This document shows positions 18,330-27,205 of a DNA stretch of 64,000 nt, in pieces. Under the pieces are notes generated by a model, which worked only from the letters and a program-made list of their open reading frames with translations, did no database searches and had not been told where the DNA came from. The stretch is from an uncultured Pseudodesulfovibrio sp. (lineage in GTDB: Bacteria; Desulfobacterota; Desulfovibrionia; Desulfovibrionales; Desulfovibrionaceae). The DNA lies in the NCBI GenBank assembly GCA_963662475.2, contig CAXXUE010000002.1:50486-114485 (forward strand), read 5' to 3'. Numbering within the stretch: the first letter of the stretch is position 1; the number at the start of each line of letters is the position of its first letter. A program made the position numbers and the translations under genes.

Positions 18330-19604
18330 GTGCTTCTTTTCAGGAATGTTCTGCCGATACTATTTCTGGCTGTAGCCACCACCCTGCAGGCGGTGCCGAA
18401 CGCACGTGCCGCCGAGTCCGAAGATCTTGTCTTCCTGCACTACTGGACCGGGGCTCTCAGCGGCGGCATCGACGAAATGGCCAAGGCGTACAACCGGGTT
18501 GACCCTCCCTACCGCGTCCGGGCCACCGGTTTTGAACACGAATCCTTCAAGCAAAGCATTCTCTCCATGCTCGCAGGCGGCAATCCGCCCGACATGTTCT
18601 CATACTGGGCCGGAGCAAAAACCCAGTTCCTGGTGGACAAGAATTTCCTGGCATCCATCGACTATGTCTGGACTATTGCCGGACTGGACAAAATTTTCCC
18701 CGCTTCCGTAGCCCAAGCATGCACCTACAACGGGCACAAGTATGCCATCCCCCTGACCCAACACTACCTTGCCTTTTTCTATAACAGGGCAATTTTTGAA
18801 AAGCACGGCCTCACGCCCCCCACCACCTGGAAGCAGTTTTTCCAAACCTGCAAGATTCTCAAAAAGGCGGGCATCACGCCCATCGCCCTCGGAACCCGTG
18901 AACGATGGCCTGCGCAATTCTGGTTCGACTTCCTGCTTCTCCGCATGGCCGGGCCCGAATACCGGCAACGGTTAATGGAGGGAAGGGCTTCCTACGACGA
19001 TCCCCAAGTGGTCCAGGCCTTCTCCGAATGGCAAAAACTCCTTGAAGCCGGTTATTTCAATGCCACTCCTTCCCTGCTCAACTGGTCCGAGGCGGCCGGT
19101 CTGGTGCAATCCGGCAAAGCGGCCATGACCCTCATGGGAACCTGGATCACCGGCCTGTTCGATGGGAAACTGGGTTGGAAGCAGGGCAGCGATTATGATT
19201 TCTTTCGATTCCCCGCGATGTCCAGCGACGTGCCCATGACCGCGCTGGGTCCCATCGACACTATCGTGATCACACGCAAAGGCAACCCGGACAAGGCCAA
19301 ACAAGTCCTGGCCTATTTCTCGGACCCGGGACCGCAGATGGAAATGAGCCGAGGCTCCGGTGCCCTGTCGCCCAGCCTGGCCATTCCTCCCTCCTTCTAC
19401 ACACCCATGCAGAGCCGCATCCTCAAGATCATCAGGACGACGCCCCATTGGGCGTTCAACTATGACCTGGCCACCCCGCCCCCTGTAGCCGAACTGGGAC
19501 TGGAGGCTTTCAAATTGTTTGTGGAAAACCCGGCGGACATCCGGGAAATCCTCCCTCGCCTGGCCCAGCAGACGAAGCGGGTCTTTGAAGACGAAAAACT
19601 GTAA
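18330..19604 (+). CDS. ABC-type extracellular solute-binding protein (family 1, sugar-type)
   Basis: Signal peptide, HYWT, PDMFSYW, YNRAIFEKHGLTPPTTW, GTWI; start placed at GTG 18330 (inferred). Confidence 0.85.
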   Translation: MLLFRNVLPILFLAVATTLQAVPNARAAESEDLVFLHYWTGALSGGIDEMAKAYNRVDPPYRVRATGFEHESFKQSILSMLAGGNPPDMFSYWAGAKTQFLVDKNFLASIDYVWTIAGLDKIFPASVAQACTYNGHKYAIPLTQHYLAFFYNRAIFEKHGLTPPTTWKQFFQTCKILKKAGITPIALGTRERWPAQFWFDFLLLRMAGPEYRQRLMEGRASYDDPQVVQAFSEWQKLLEAGYFNATPSLLNWSEAAGLVQSGKAAMTLMGTWITGLFDGKLGWKQGSDYDFFRFPAMSSDVPMTALGPIDTIVITRKGNPDKAKQVLAYFSDPGPQMEMSRGSGALSPSLAIPPSFYTPMQSRILKIIRTTPHWAFNYDLATPPPVAELGLEAFKLFVENPADIREILPRLAQQTKRVFEDEKL

Positions 19605-19622
19605 CCCGACGACAGGAACGAC

Positions 19623-21542
19623 ATGCGGCTCTTCGGAAAAAGTCTCATTTTCAAAATAGGTGCCGTCGTGCTCCTTGTGGAATGCCTGGTGCTCACCTCC
19701 CTGGGACTCTTCTACACCGGGACCTTCTCCATCGAGATGGACCGCTATCTTGAAGACAATGTCCAGCTTCCCGGCAAACTCATGAACCGTCAGCTCCTGC
19801 GCTACGAATCCGTGGGCAGCGAAGACGTCATGAAGGAGCTGGTGGGCGAGGAGTTCCTCGATGCCATGGTCATCGGCGCGGGTGGCCGCATCTATTATGC
19901 CTTCCGCCCGGAGCTGGTGGGGAAGACCATCTTCGACGTCTCCGAAATAATCCCGGACCTCCTGGCCGGTGCCGAAAAAACCATTCTCGCCACAGACACG
20001 ACAAAGGGGCACCACGCCATCATCTCGATCACTCCGCTTCGGGCCTACAAGGGAGCCAAGCCGTTTTTTCACGTCTATATCAAAGTCGACACACGGGGCG
20101 TGCGAGTCCGCAAAAACAAGATCGCCGCCATGTTCATCTTTGGCTCGGCCTTGTGCATCATCCTCACCTCGCTGGCCATCATCGGCTACACGCGCAAGCA
20201 CGTCACCAATCCCCTGACCGAACTCACCCGCACGGCCAACGCCCTGCGCCAGGGCAACCTGAACATCTCCATTCGCACCGATCGGCAGGACGAGATCGGC
20301 AGCCTGGCCGAGAGCTTTGATGCCATGCGTCACGCCATCAAGCAGAAGATCCGGGAACTGGAGCAGACCAACCTCTCCCTGGAGGACAAGGAAGGGAGAA
20401 TCCAGGCCCTGGTCGAAGCACTTCCTGATCGGATCATTCTCTTTGACTGGCATGGCCGCTACCGCGACATCTATCCGGGTTACGAGGAAGATCTGATCCT
20501 CAAGAGCAAGGATATGCTGGGTCGCCTGCTTCACGAAGTCCACGACAAGGAACTGGCAGACAGGGCTCTCAATGTCATTCAAAAAACCATTGCCACGGGT
20601 CGAAGCCAGGAGATGGAATACACCATGGCTCGGCACGTCGGTCAGGCATGGTTTGAAAGCCGGACCTCCCGCATCGGAAGCGACGACGGCGAGAGTGGCA
20701 CCGTGGTATGGGTCGCCCGCGACATAACCTACCGCAAGGAAATGGAAAAACGTCTGCGCCAGTCCAAGGAAGAGGCGGAACATATAAACAAACGGCTGAG
20801 AGAGCTGGACCAGACAAAGTCTACCCTGGTTTCGTCGGTTTCCCACGAATTGCGCACCCCGCTGACTTCGCTGCTGGGTTTCTCCAAACTCATCTTGAAA
20901 AATTTCTCAAAATATTTCTGGCCGTTGGCCAAAGGCGACCATAAGCTCCTGACCAAGGGGTCACAGATCGTGGAAGATCTGAACATCCTGCTCCACGAAG
21001 GCGACCGGCTGTCCCGACTCATTGGCGACGTGCTCGACCTCAACAAGATCGAGATGGGCTACACCGAATGGCACGAAGAAAAAATCAATCCCGCCGAACT
21101 GATCCATCGGGCAGCGACCGCCGTGAGCGGCCAGTTCGCCAACAACCCGGACCTCACCCTTATCACCAAGGCCGAGAAAAACCTGCCCGACATCGCGGTG
21201 GACCCGGACCGTATGCTCCAGGTCCTGCTCAACCTGCTGACCAATGCGGCCAAGTTCACGGAAAAGGGGACCATCACCCTGACAGCCACGGCTCCAGCCA
21301 CCGGCCTGATCCGAATCCAGGTCAAGGACACCGGGCCGGGCATCCCCAAAGAGGAGCAAGACCGCATTTTCGACCTTTTCCATCAGATCAGCAACCTGGA
21401 CCCGGCCGACAACAAACCCAAGGGTGCTGGGCTCGGCCTGGCAATCTGCCGCGAAATCGTGGGGCACCACAACGGCACCATCTGGGTGGAATCCACGCTC
21501 GGCCAAGGTGCCTCCTTCATCATCGAACTTCCCGTCACCTGA
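19623..21542 (+). CDS. Sensor histidine kinase (2 TM, HAMP, PAS, HisKA, HATPase)
   Basis: SHELRTPL H-box, NLLTNA, DTGPG, GLGL. Confidence 0.93.
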   Translation: MRLFGKSLIFKIGAVVLLVECLVLTSLGLFYTGTFSIEMDRYLEDNVQLPGKLMNRQLLRYESVGSEDVMKELVGEEFLDAMVIGAGGRIYYAFRPELVGKTIFDVSEIIPDLLAGAEKTILATDTTKGHHAIISITPLRAYKGAKPFFHVYIKVDTRGVRVRKNKIAAMFIFGSALCIILTSLAIIGYTRKHVTNPLTELTRTANALRQGNLNISIRTDRQDEIGSLAESFDAMRHAIKQKIRELEQTNLSLEDKEGRIQALVEALPDRIILFDWHGRYRDIYPGYEEDLILKSKDMLGRLLHEVHDKELADRALNVIQKTIATGRSQEMEYTMARHVGQAWFESRTSRIGSDDGESGTVVWVARDITYRKEMEKRLRQSKEEAEHINKRLRELDQTKSTLVSSVSHELRTPLTSLLGFSKLILKNFSKYFWPLAKGDHKLLTKGSQIVEDLNILLHEGDRLSRLIGDVLDLNKIEMGYTEWHEEKINPAELIHRAATAVSGQFANNPDLTLITKAEKNLPDIAVDPDRMLQVLLNLLTNAAKFTEKGTITLTATAPATGLIRIQVKDTGPGIPKEEQDRIFDLFHQISNLDPADNKPKGAGLGLAICREIVGHHNGTIWVESTLGQGASFIIELPVT

Positions 21543-21645
21543 CCGTGTGCAACATTCTTCCCACCCACGGGCAAGAATATGCACAAGTGCACATCCCACA
21601 GGACCCGCTAATCAATTAACACCTCAAGGTCATTGACTATTTTTA

Positions 21646-21662
21646 TTGGCACGCCCTATGCA
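21646..21662 (+). promoter_or_regulatory. sigma54 promoter for the SHOCT gene
   Basis: TTGGCACGCCCTATGCA, GG-N10-GC, 26 nt upstream of the ATG. Confidence 0.75.
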
Positions 21663-21687
21663 TCTTCAATAGAAAAGGAGTGACGGT

Positions 21688-21957
21688 ATGGACTTTACCT
21701 CAGCGTTCGGCATTGGGTGCGGCGGCCCTGGAGTTTGGCATGGCGGCGGTACATGGATGGGCGGGTTTTCCTTCCCCTTTGGTGGAATCATCCAGCTTTT
21801 GTTAATCGGGATGATCGTCTACTTCATTGTCAGAACGTTCCACCATCCTGCCACCAACACGGGTGCGCCCTCCCCGCACGACGTGCTCAAACGCCGCTAT
21901 GCCGCAGGTGAAATAGACCAGGAAACCTTCGCCCGGATGAAGGAAGAATTGAAATAA
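21688..21957 (+). CDS. SHOCT-domain small membrane protein
   Basis: Gly-rich N-terminus, one TM, LKRRYAAGEIDQETF; AAGGAG RBS. Confidence 0.85.
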   Translation: MDFTSAFGIGCGGPGVWHGGGTWMGGFSFPFGGIIQLLLIGMIVYFIVRTFHHPATNTGAPSPHDVLKRRYAAGEIDQETFARMKEELK

Positions 21958-22099
21958 GCAACACATTTCCAGAACGCACACACCTCCCCTCAAGCCGGGC
22001 CTTCGGTCGATTCAGTCCCGACCGGAGGCCCGCAGTCAACCAAAAGGCCCCGCCGAATTACTTCGACGGGGCCTTTTGGTTTTTTCCATGACAAGCCGA

Positions 22100-23497
22100 T
22101 TACAGTTCGACCGCCCGTTTGATCCGGGCCAGGGTCTGCTCCCTGCCGAGCACCAACATGGTCTCGAACAGACCGGGAGACTGGGTCTTGCCCATGATGG
22201 CCACACGGATGGGCTGGGCAATGACCTTGAACTTGATGTCCTTGTCCTCCAGGAACTGCCGGTGCACTTCCTCCAGGGACTGCTCCGTGAACTCGTCCAA
22301 TGCCGCGATACGCTCCGCGATCTCAGACAACATCGGCTTGGTCTCGTCAGTAAGAAACTTCTTCACTGCCTTCTCGTCATACGCCAGGAAAGAGGCATCC
22401 ACAATGAAGGGACGGGCCTGTTCCAGCATGTCCACCAGGGACTTGGCCCGAGGCTGAAGCAGCGGAGCCACGGCGACAAAGGTAGCCCGGTCCACGTTGG
22501 CGGCCTCTTCCTCACCCACCTCGCGGGCCAGAAAATCCATGAGCAGGTCGGCCAACCGCTCGGGATCGGCCTTTTGCATGTACTGACCGTTGACCCACTC
22601 GAACTTGGCCAGATCGAACACCGAGGGCGAATTACCAAGGTTGCCTTCGGAAAAGAACGCCACCATCTCGTCCATGGAGAACAGCTCCTGGTCGCCGTGA
22701 GACCAACCCAGCCGGGCCAGATAGTTGGTCACGGCCTCGGGCAGGTAGCCCATTTTTTCGTATTCCATGACCGAAAGTGCGCCGTGCCGTTTGGAAAGCT
22801 TCTTCTTGTCCGGCCCCAGGATCATGGGCACATGGCCGAACTGGGGCACATCCCAACCCAGGGCCTTGTAGATGAGGATCTGGCGCGGAGTGTTGTTGAC
22901 GTGATCGTCGCCACGCAGGACGTTGGTCACGCCCATGTCGTGGTCATCCACCACCACGGCCAGGTTGTAGATAGGCGTACCGTCGCTGCGCCGCAGGATC
23001 AGGTCGTCCATCTCACTGTTTTCCACGGAGATGAACCCCTTGACCATATCCAGAAACCCGGTGGCCCCGTCCTGAGGCGCCTTGAGCCGGACCGCCCCGG
23101 AAGTCAGCCCCTTGTCGCGGCAGGTGCCGTCGTACTTGGGCTTGCGGCCTTCCTTCATGGCCTTTTCGCGCATGGCGTCCACGTCTTCCTTGGAACACTG
23201 GCAGTAATAGGCATGGCCGGTCTCGATGAGCCGGTCAATGATCTCATTGTGGCGGGCAACCCGGGTGGACTGGAACACGATCTCGCCGTCGTGTTCAAGC
23301 CCGAGCCACTTCATTGAATCAATGATGGCATCCGTGGCTTCCTGGGTGGACCGCTCCCGGTCCGTATCCTCAATGCGCAGGCGGAACTCGCCGCCTGAAG
23401 CACGGGCCAGCAGCCACGAAAACAGAGCGGTGCGCGCTCCGCCGATATGCAAATAACCGGTCGGACTGGGCGCGAACCGGGAAACTATCTTGGTCAT
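22100..23497 (-). CDS. gltX: Glutamate--tRNA ligase
   Basis: RFAPSPTGYLHIGG (HIGH), KLSKR. Confidence 0.97.
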   Translation of the reverse strand: MTKIVSRFAPSPTGYLHIGGARTALFSWLLARASGGEFRLRIEDTDRERSTQEATDAIIDSMKWLGLEHDGEIVFQSTRVARHNEIIDRLIETGHAYYCQCSKEDVDAMREKAMKEGRKPKYDGTCRDKGLTSGAVRLKAPQDGATGFLDMVKGFISVENSEMDDLILRRSDGTPIYNLAVVVDDHDMGVTNVLRGDDHVNNTPRQILIYKALGWDVPQFGHVPMILGPDKKKLSKRHGALSVMEYEKMGYLPEAVTNYLARLGWSHGDQELFSMDEMVAFFSEGNLGNSPSVFDLAKFEWVNGQYMQKADPERLADLLMDFLAREVGEEEAANVDRATFVAVAPLLQPRAKSLVDMLEQARPFIVDASFLAYDEKAVKKFLTDETKPMLSEIAERIAALDEFTEQSLEEVHRQFLEDKDIKFKVIAQPIRVAIMGKTQSPGLFETMLVLGREQTLARIKRAVEL

Positions 23498-23660
23498 GTA
23501 TGAATTCTCCTTGGGGGAATGTTACCGTGCGCCCCGCGAGAGGCTGCGGAGAGCGGATCAACACCGAAACGAAAGAGGCCACTCGGCCACCGACACAACA
23601 GCATTGCGCCGGAGAGCGATTCGCCCCTTCCAGTAACAGGATCAGCCAGCAGAGGCCGGA

Positions 23661-23882
23661 TCAGACGGCTTCAACGCCTTTGACTTCCGGGATTTCCTTG
23701 AGAATGATGCGTTCGATGCCGTTTTTCAGGGTCATCTGGGACATGGGGCACCCCTTGCAGGCACCGGTAAGCCGCACCTGGACGATCCCCTTGTCGGTCA
23801 CGTCCACGAGTTCCACATCCCCGCCGTCGGACTGAAGCATGGGGCGGACCTTGTCCAGCACTGTTTCTACTTTTTCACGCAT
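23661..23882 (-). CDS. nfuA: NifU/NfuA-type Fe-S carrier
   Basis: [17 protein letters not shown]. Confidence 0.85.
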   Translation of the reverse strand: MREKVETVLDKVRPMLQSDGGDVELVDVTDKGIVQVRLTGACKGCPMSQMTLKNGIERIILKEIPEVKGVEAV

Positions 23883-23951
23883 GGGAATATATCTCCGTAA
23901 GAGTATGTTGGGAGGCAGAAGTAAATATCTTTGCGCCTCCTGTCAATCGGA

Positions 23952-25010
23952 CTACACCTTGATGAGCACGCCGAACGCTTCGTCAAGCTCCTCGTCCAGG
24001 TCCTCGATCATCTCGTCCATGCGGTCGGCCGTGAGTTCCATGGATTCCCATATGGCCGGGTCGGGCGGCTGGACAAAATATTCACCGCTGGAGCCGATGC
24101 CCAGTCCGGTGGCGATGGTCTCGGCGCAGTGGACCAGGCCGGGTTCCGCTTCCTTCTGCTTTTCCTTCGGGTGGTGGTGTTCGAGAACCGAGGCCACGAG
24201 CACGAAGGGAAAATTCCATTTTCTGAGCAGCATACCGCCCAGGGTGGCGTGATCAAACCCGAGCAGGGTCTTTTCCTCCTCATAAAGCAGCACGTCACGG
24301 GATCGAGCATGGGAGAGCACGGCAGAGGCCCGCTCCGGTTCGGACTGGAGCAGGATGAGCTGGCCTATGTCATGCAGCAACCCGGCCACAAAGGCGCGCT
24401 CGGGGTCGCCCTTGCCGGTGATGCGGCAGAGCCGACGGGCGATCAGGCCGCAGGTCAACGAATGTTTCCAGAACTGCTCCATGTCGAGCACTTCGGCGGG
24501 CACATCCTTGAACAGGGACATCACCGAGGTACCCACGGCCAGGGTGGAAAGCTGATTCACACCGACCACGGTGACGGCGCGCGAGATGGTGTCGATCTGC
24601 ATGGGCAGGCTGTAAAAGGCGGAGTTGACCATGCGCAGGAGAAAGGCGGTCAGGCTCGGGTCCTGGCTGATGATCACGGCCAGGTCCTTGGCCGAGGTGT
24701 TTCGAGCGTTGATGGCCTGCTGCAACTCCAGGAACACCTGAGGCAGCGCGGGAAGCTGATGTTCCTTGCGCAGGATGTCCAGGGGATCAAGGGACTGGAC
24801 TTCGGGCACCGGGGCCATGGGCCTGGGGGCGTAGCGCTCCGGTGCAACCGTCATGTCCTTGGCCACATGTTTCGCTCCGAGCCGAGCAAGACGCTTCAGG
24901 GCTTCGTCCGGCTTTTTTATGAATTTGAACCGTCTGATCAATAACTTTTTCGCGGCTTCAAGGGACTCGGGCGCGACTTCAACTTCCGTGGTGGCGGTTT
25001 CTTCTGCCAT
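23952..25010 (-). CDS. HDOD domain protein
   Basis: LPALP, DPSLTAFLLRMVNSA, FWKHS, GLLHDIG. Confidence 0.9.
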   Translation of the reverse strand: MAEETATTEVEVAPESLEAAKKLLIRRFKFIKKPDEALKRLARLGAKHVAKDMTVAPERYAPRPMAPVPEVQSLDPLDILRKEHQLPALPQVFLELQQAINARNTSAKDLAVIISQDPSLTAFLLRMVNSAFYSLPMQIDTISRAVTVVGVNQLSTLAVGTSVMSLFKDVPAEVLDMEQFWKHSLTCGLIARRLCRITGKGDPERAFVAGLLHDIGQLILLQSEPERASAVLSHARSRDVLLYEEEKTLLGFDHATLGGMLLRKWNFPFVLVASVLEHHHPKEKQKEAEPGLVHCAETIATGLGIGSSGEYFVQPPDPAIWESMELTADRMDEMIEDLDEELDEAFGVLIKV

Positions 25011-25119
25011 AATGCATTCCTGTATGGTTCGGGAACAGTCCAGAATCTTATTATAAGCGAAAACGCCGGGAAGAAAAAGGGGTTTGTACGAAATGGAGCT
25101 TAGTGCAATGTCCCGACGG

Positions 25120-25782
25120 TCAAAAAATGAAATGGGGATTGTTCAGTTTTTCGTGGATCACGGTGGTCATGGGGCCGTGACCGGAATAGACGCGGGTGTC
25201 GTCCGGCAGGATGAAAATGCGCGAGCGGATGGACTGAAGCAACTGCTTCCCGTCACCACGCGGCAGGTCGGTGCGTCCCACCGCGATCATGAAGAGGAGA
25301 TCACCCACGAACACACACCCGCTGGCCGGCAAGAAGTAGGACAGCGACCCCGGCGTGTGGCCCGGCGTGTCAAGCACCATCATGGTCTGGCCGAGAACGG
25401 TCCTCGGCCCCGGCCCGATGGGCTCGAAAGGGAAATCCGCCAGTTCGGCGAAATCGGCAAACCCGCCCTGCTCCACGGGATAGTCCTTGAGAAAGACATC
25501 CGCACCGCTGGCAAAGACCGGCGCGCCGAACCGTTCGTGCAGCTCGCGCACCCCGCCGATATGATCGAGGTGAAAGTGGGTGACATAGATGGCCCGCAAA
25601 TTGAGCCCGGAGGTCTCGATGCGCTCCACCAGACGTTCCTGGTCAGTGTCCGCATCAATGACCACGGCATCGGAACCCGAACTCAACAGGTAGCTATTGG
25701 ACTCTTCCGGCCCGAGAATGAAGGTTTCAACGGTCAGTTTTCCCACCGGGTGACCATGCGGTACGAACGCAAGGATTGTCAA
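25120..25782 (-). CDS. MBL-fold metallo-hydrolase (glyoxalase II-like); true start may be the GTG at 25746
   Basis: THFHLDHIGG, TPGHTPG, GDLLF, GHG. Confidence 0.9.
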   Translation of the reverse strand: MTILAFVPHGHPVGKLTVETFILGPEESNSYLLSSGSDAVVIDADTDQERLVERIETSGLNLRAIYVTHFHLDHIGGVRELHERFGAPVFASGADVFLKDYPVEQGGFADFAELADFPFEPIGPGPRTVLGQTMMVLDTPGHTPGSLSYFLPASGCVFVGDLLFMIAVGRTDLPRGDGKQLLQSIRSRIFILPDDTRVYSGHGPMTTVIHEKLNNPHFIF

Positions 25783-25795
25783 ATTACAACACCGG

Positions 25796-27205
25796 TCATC
25801 GCCGCGTCAGTCCGTATTTCTTGAGCTTGTATTGCAAGGTGCGGCGGCTGATACCCAGGGCATCGGCCGTGTGCTCACGGTGATTGCCGTTTTCTTCCAG
25901 GGCGCGCATGATGGCCAGCTTCTCAGCCTCCTCCAGGGATGCGGGCGAGGACATCCCATGGGGCGCTCCACCGAATTCCGCATCCCCGTTCATGTCCAGG
26001 CTCATGTTCATGGCCGCTTCACGCGCCCCGGTGATTTGGGACGGCAACAGGTCCGGGCCCAGGGCATCGGCCCGCGAAAGAATCAGGGCGCGTTCCAACA
26101 CGTTTTCCAGTTCGCGCACATTGCCCGGCCAATCGTAGCCGGACAGGGCATCCAGAAACGCGGGCGTGACCGTGCGGATAATCTTGTTGTTCTTGTTGCC
26201 CAACCGCCGAAGCAAAAAGCTGACCAGCAAAGGCAGGTCTTCCTTTCGCTCGCAAAGCGGCGGGATGCGGATCTCAAGCACGGCCAGCCGATAATAGAGA
26301 TCCTCGCGGAACCGTCCGGCATCCACTTCCTTCTTCAGGTCGCGGTTGGTGGCCGCGATGATGCGCGTATCCACCTTGATCGTCCTGACCGACCCCAGCG
26401 GCTCCACGGTCTTTTCCTGAAGCACGCGTAACAGTTTGGCCTGAAGCACTCCGGGCAACTCACCTATTTCATCCAGAAAAAGTGTACCGCCGTCGGCCAG
26501 TTGAAAACGGCCCGGCTTGTCCTTGATCGCGCCGGTAAACGCGCCCTTCTCATAGCCGAACAATTCGCTCTCCAGCAGGTCGTCAGGCAGGGCCGCGCAG
26601 TTGACCTTGATCAGGGGTCGATTGATCCGGTGAGACGCCCGGTGCAACCCCTCGGCCACCAGCTCCTTGCCCGTGCCGGACTGGCCCAGAATGAGCACGG
26701 TGGCCTCGGCCGGACCGGCCTGGGAAATGAGGTCGCGCACCCGCTCGATGCCGGGACTCGCACCGATGAAATCCGCTTCGCCGCCCACCTGGGCCTTGAG
26801 CCGAACGTTTTCCTTGACCAGCCGGTAATATTCAAAGGCCTTGCCCATGACCGCGGTCAGCTCGTCGTTATCCGCAGGCTTGGTCAGGTAGTCGAACGCG
26901 CCCTTTTTCATGGCATCCACCGCACTGCCCACGCTGCCGAAAGCGGTCAGGAGCACCACGGGCATGCCGGGCCGCCGGATCTGCAACTCCTTGAGCAGTT
27001 GCATGCCGTCCATGCCGGGCATCTTCATGTCCACCATGGCCACGTCCGGGAAGGTATCCGACTCAGCAGCCTCGCCCAGCACGGCAAGCGACCGCTCGCC
27101 GGAATCCGCTTCCAGCACGGTCCAGCCGTCGTCTTCGAGCACGGCCCGGACCATCATCCGGTGACCGGGTTCATCGTCCACAATAAGTACTGTACGATCT
27201 TCCAT
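25796..27205 (-). CDS. zraR: sigma54-dependent response regulator (ZraR-like)
   Basis: REC domain, GQSGTGKE, GAFTGA, Fis-type HTH; adjacent to a ZraS/ZraP-like pair. Confidence 0.8.
   Translation of the reverse strand: MEDRTVLIVDDEPGHRMMVRAVLEDDGWTVLEADSGERSLAVLGEAAESDTFPDVAMVDMKMPGMDGMQLLKELQIRRPGMPVVLLTAFGSVGSAVDAMKKGAFDYLTKPADNDELTAVMGKAFEYYRLVKENVRLKAQVGGEADFIGASPGIERVRDLISQAGPAEATVLILGQSGTGKELVAEGLHRASHRINRPLIKVNCAALPDDLLESELFGYEKGAFTGAIKDKPGRFQLADGGTLFLDEIGELPGVLQAKLLRVLQEKTVEPLGSVRTIKVDTRIIAATNRDLKKEVDAGRFREDLYYRLAVLEIRIPPLCERKEDLPLLVSFLLRRLGNKNNKIIRTVTPAFLDALSGYDWPGNVRELENVLERALILSRADALGPDLLPSQITGAREAAMNMSLDMNGDAEFGGAPHGMSSPASLEEAEKLAIMRALEENGNHREHTADALGISRRTLQYKLKKYGLTRR

Noticed and set aside
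21984-22090. Two hairpins between the SHOCT gene and gltX as a possible sRNA
   Set aside because: Adequately explained as terminators for two convergent genes
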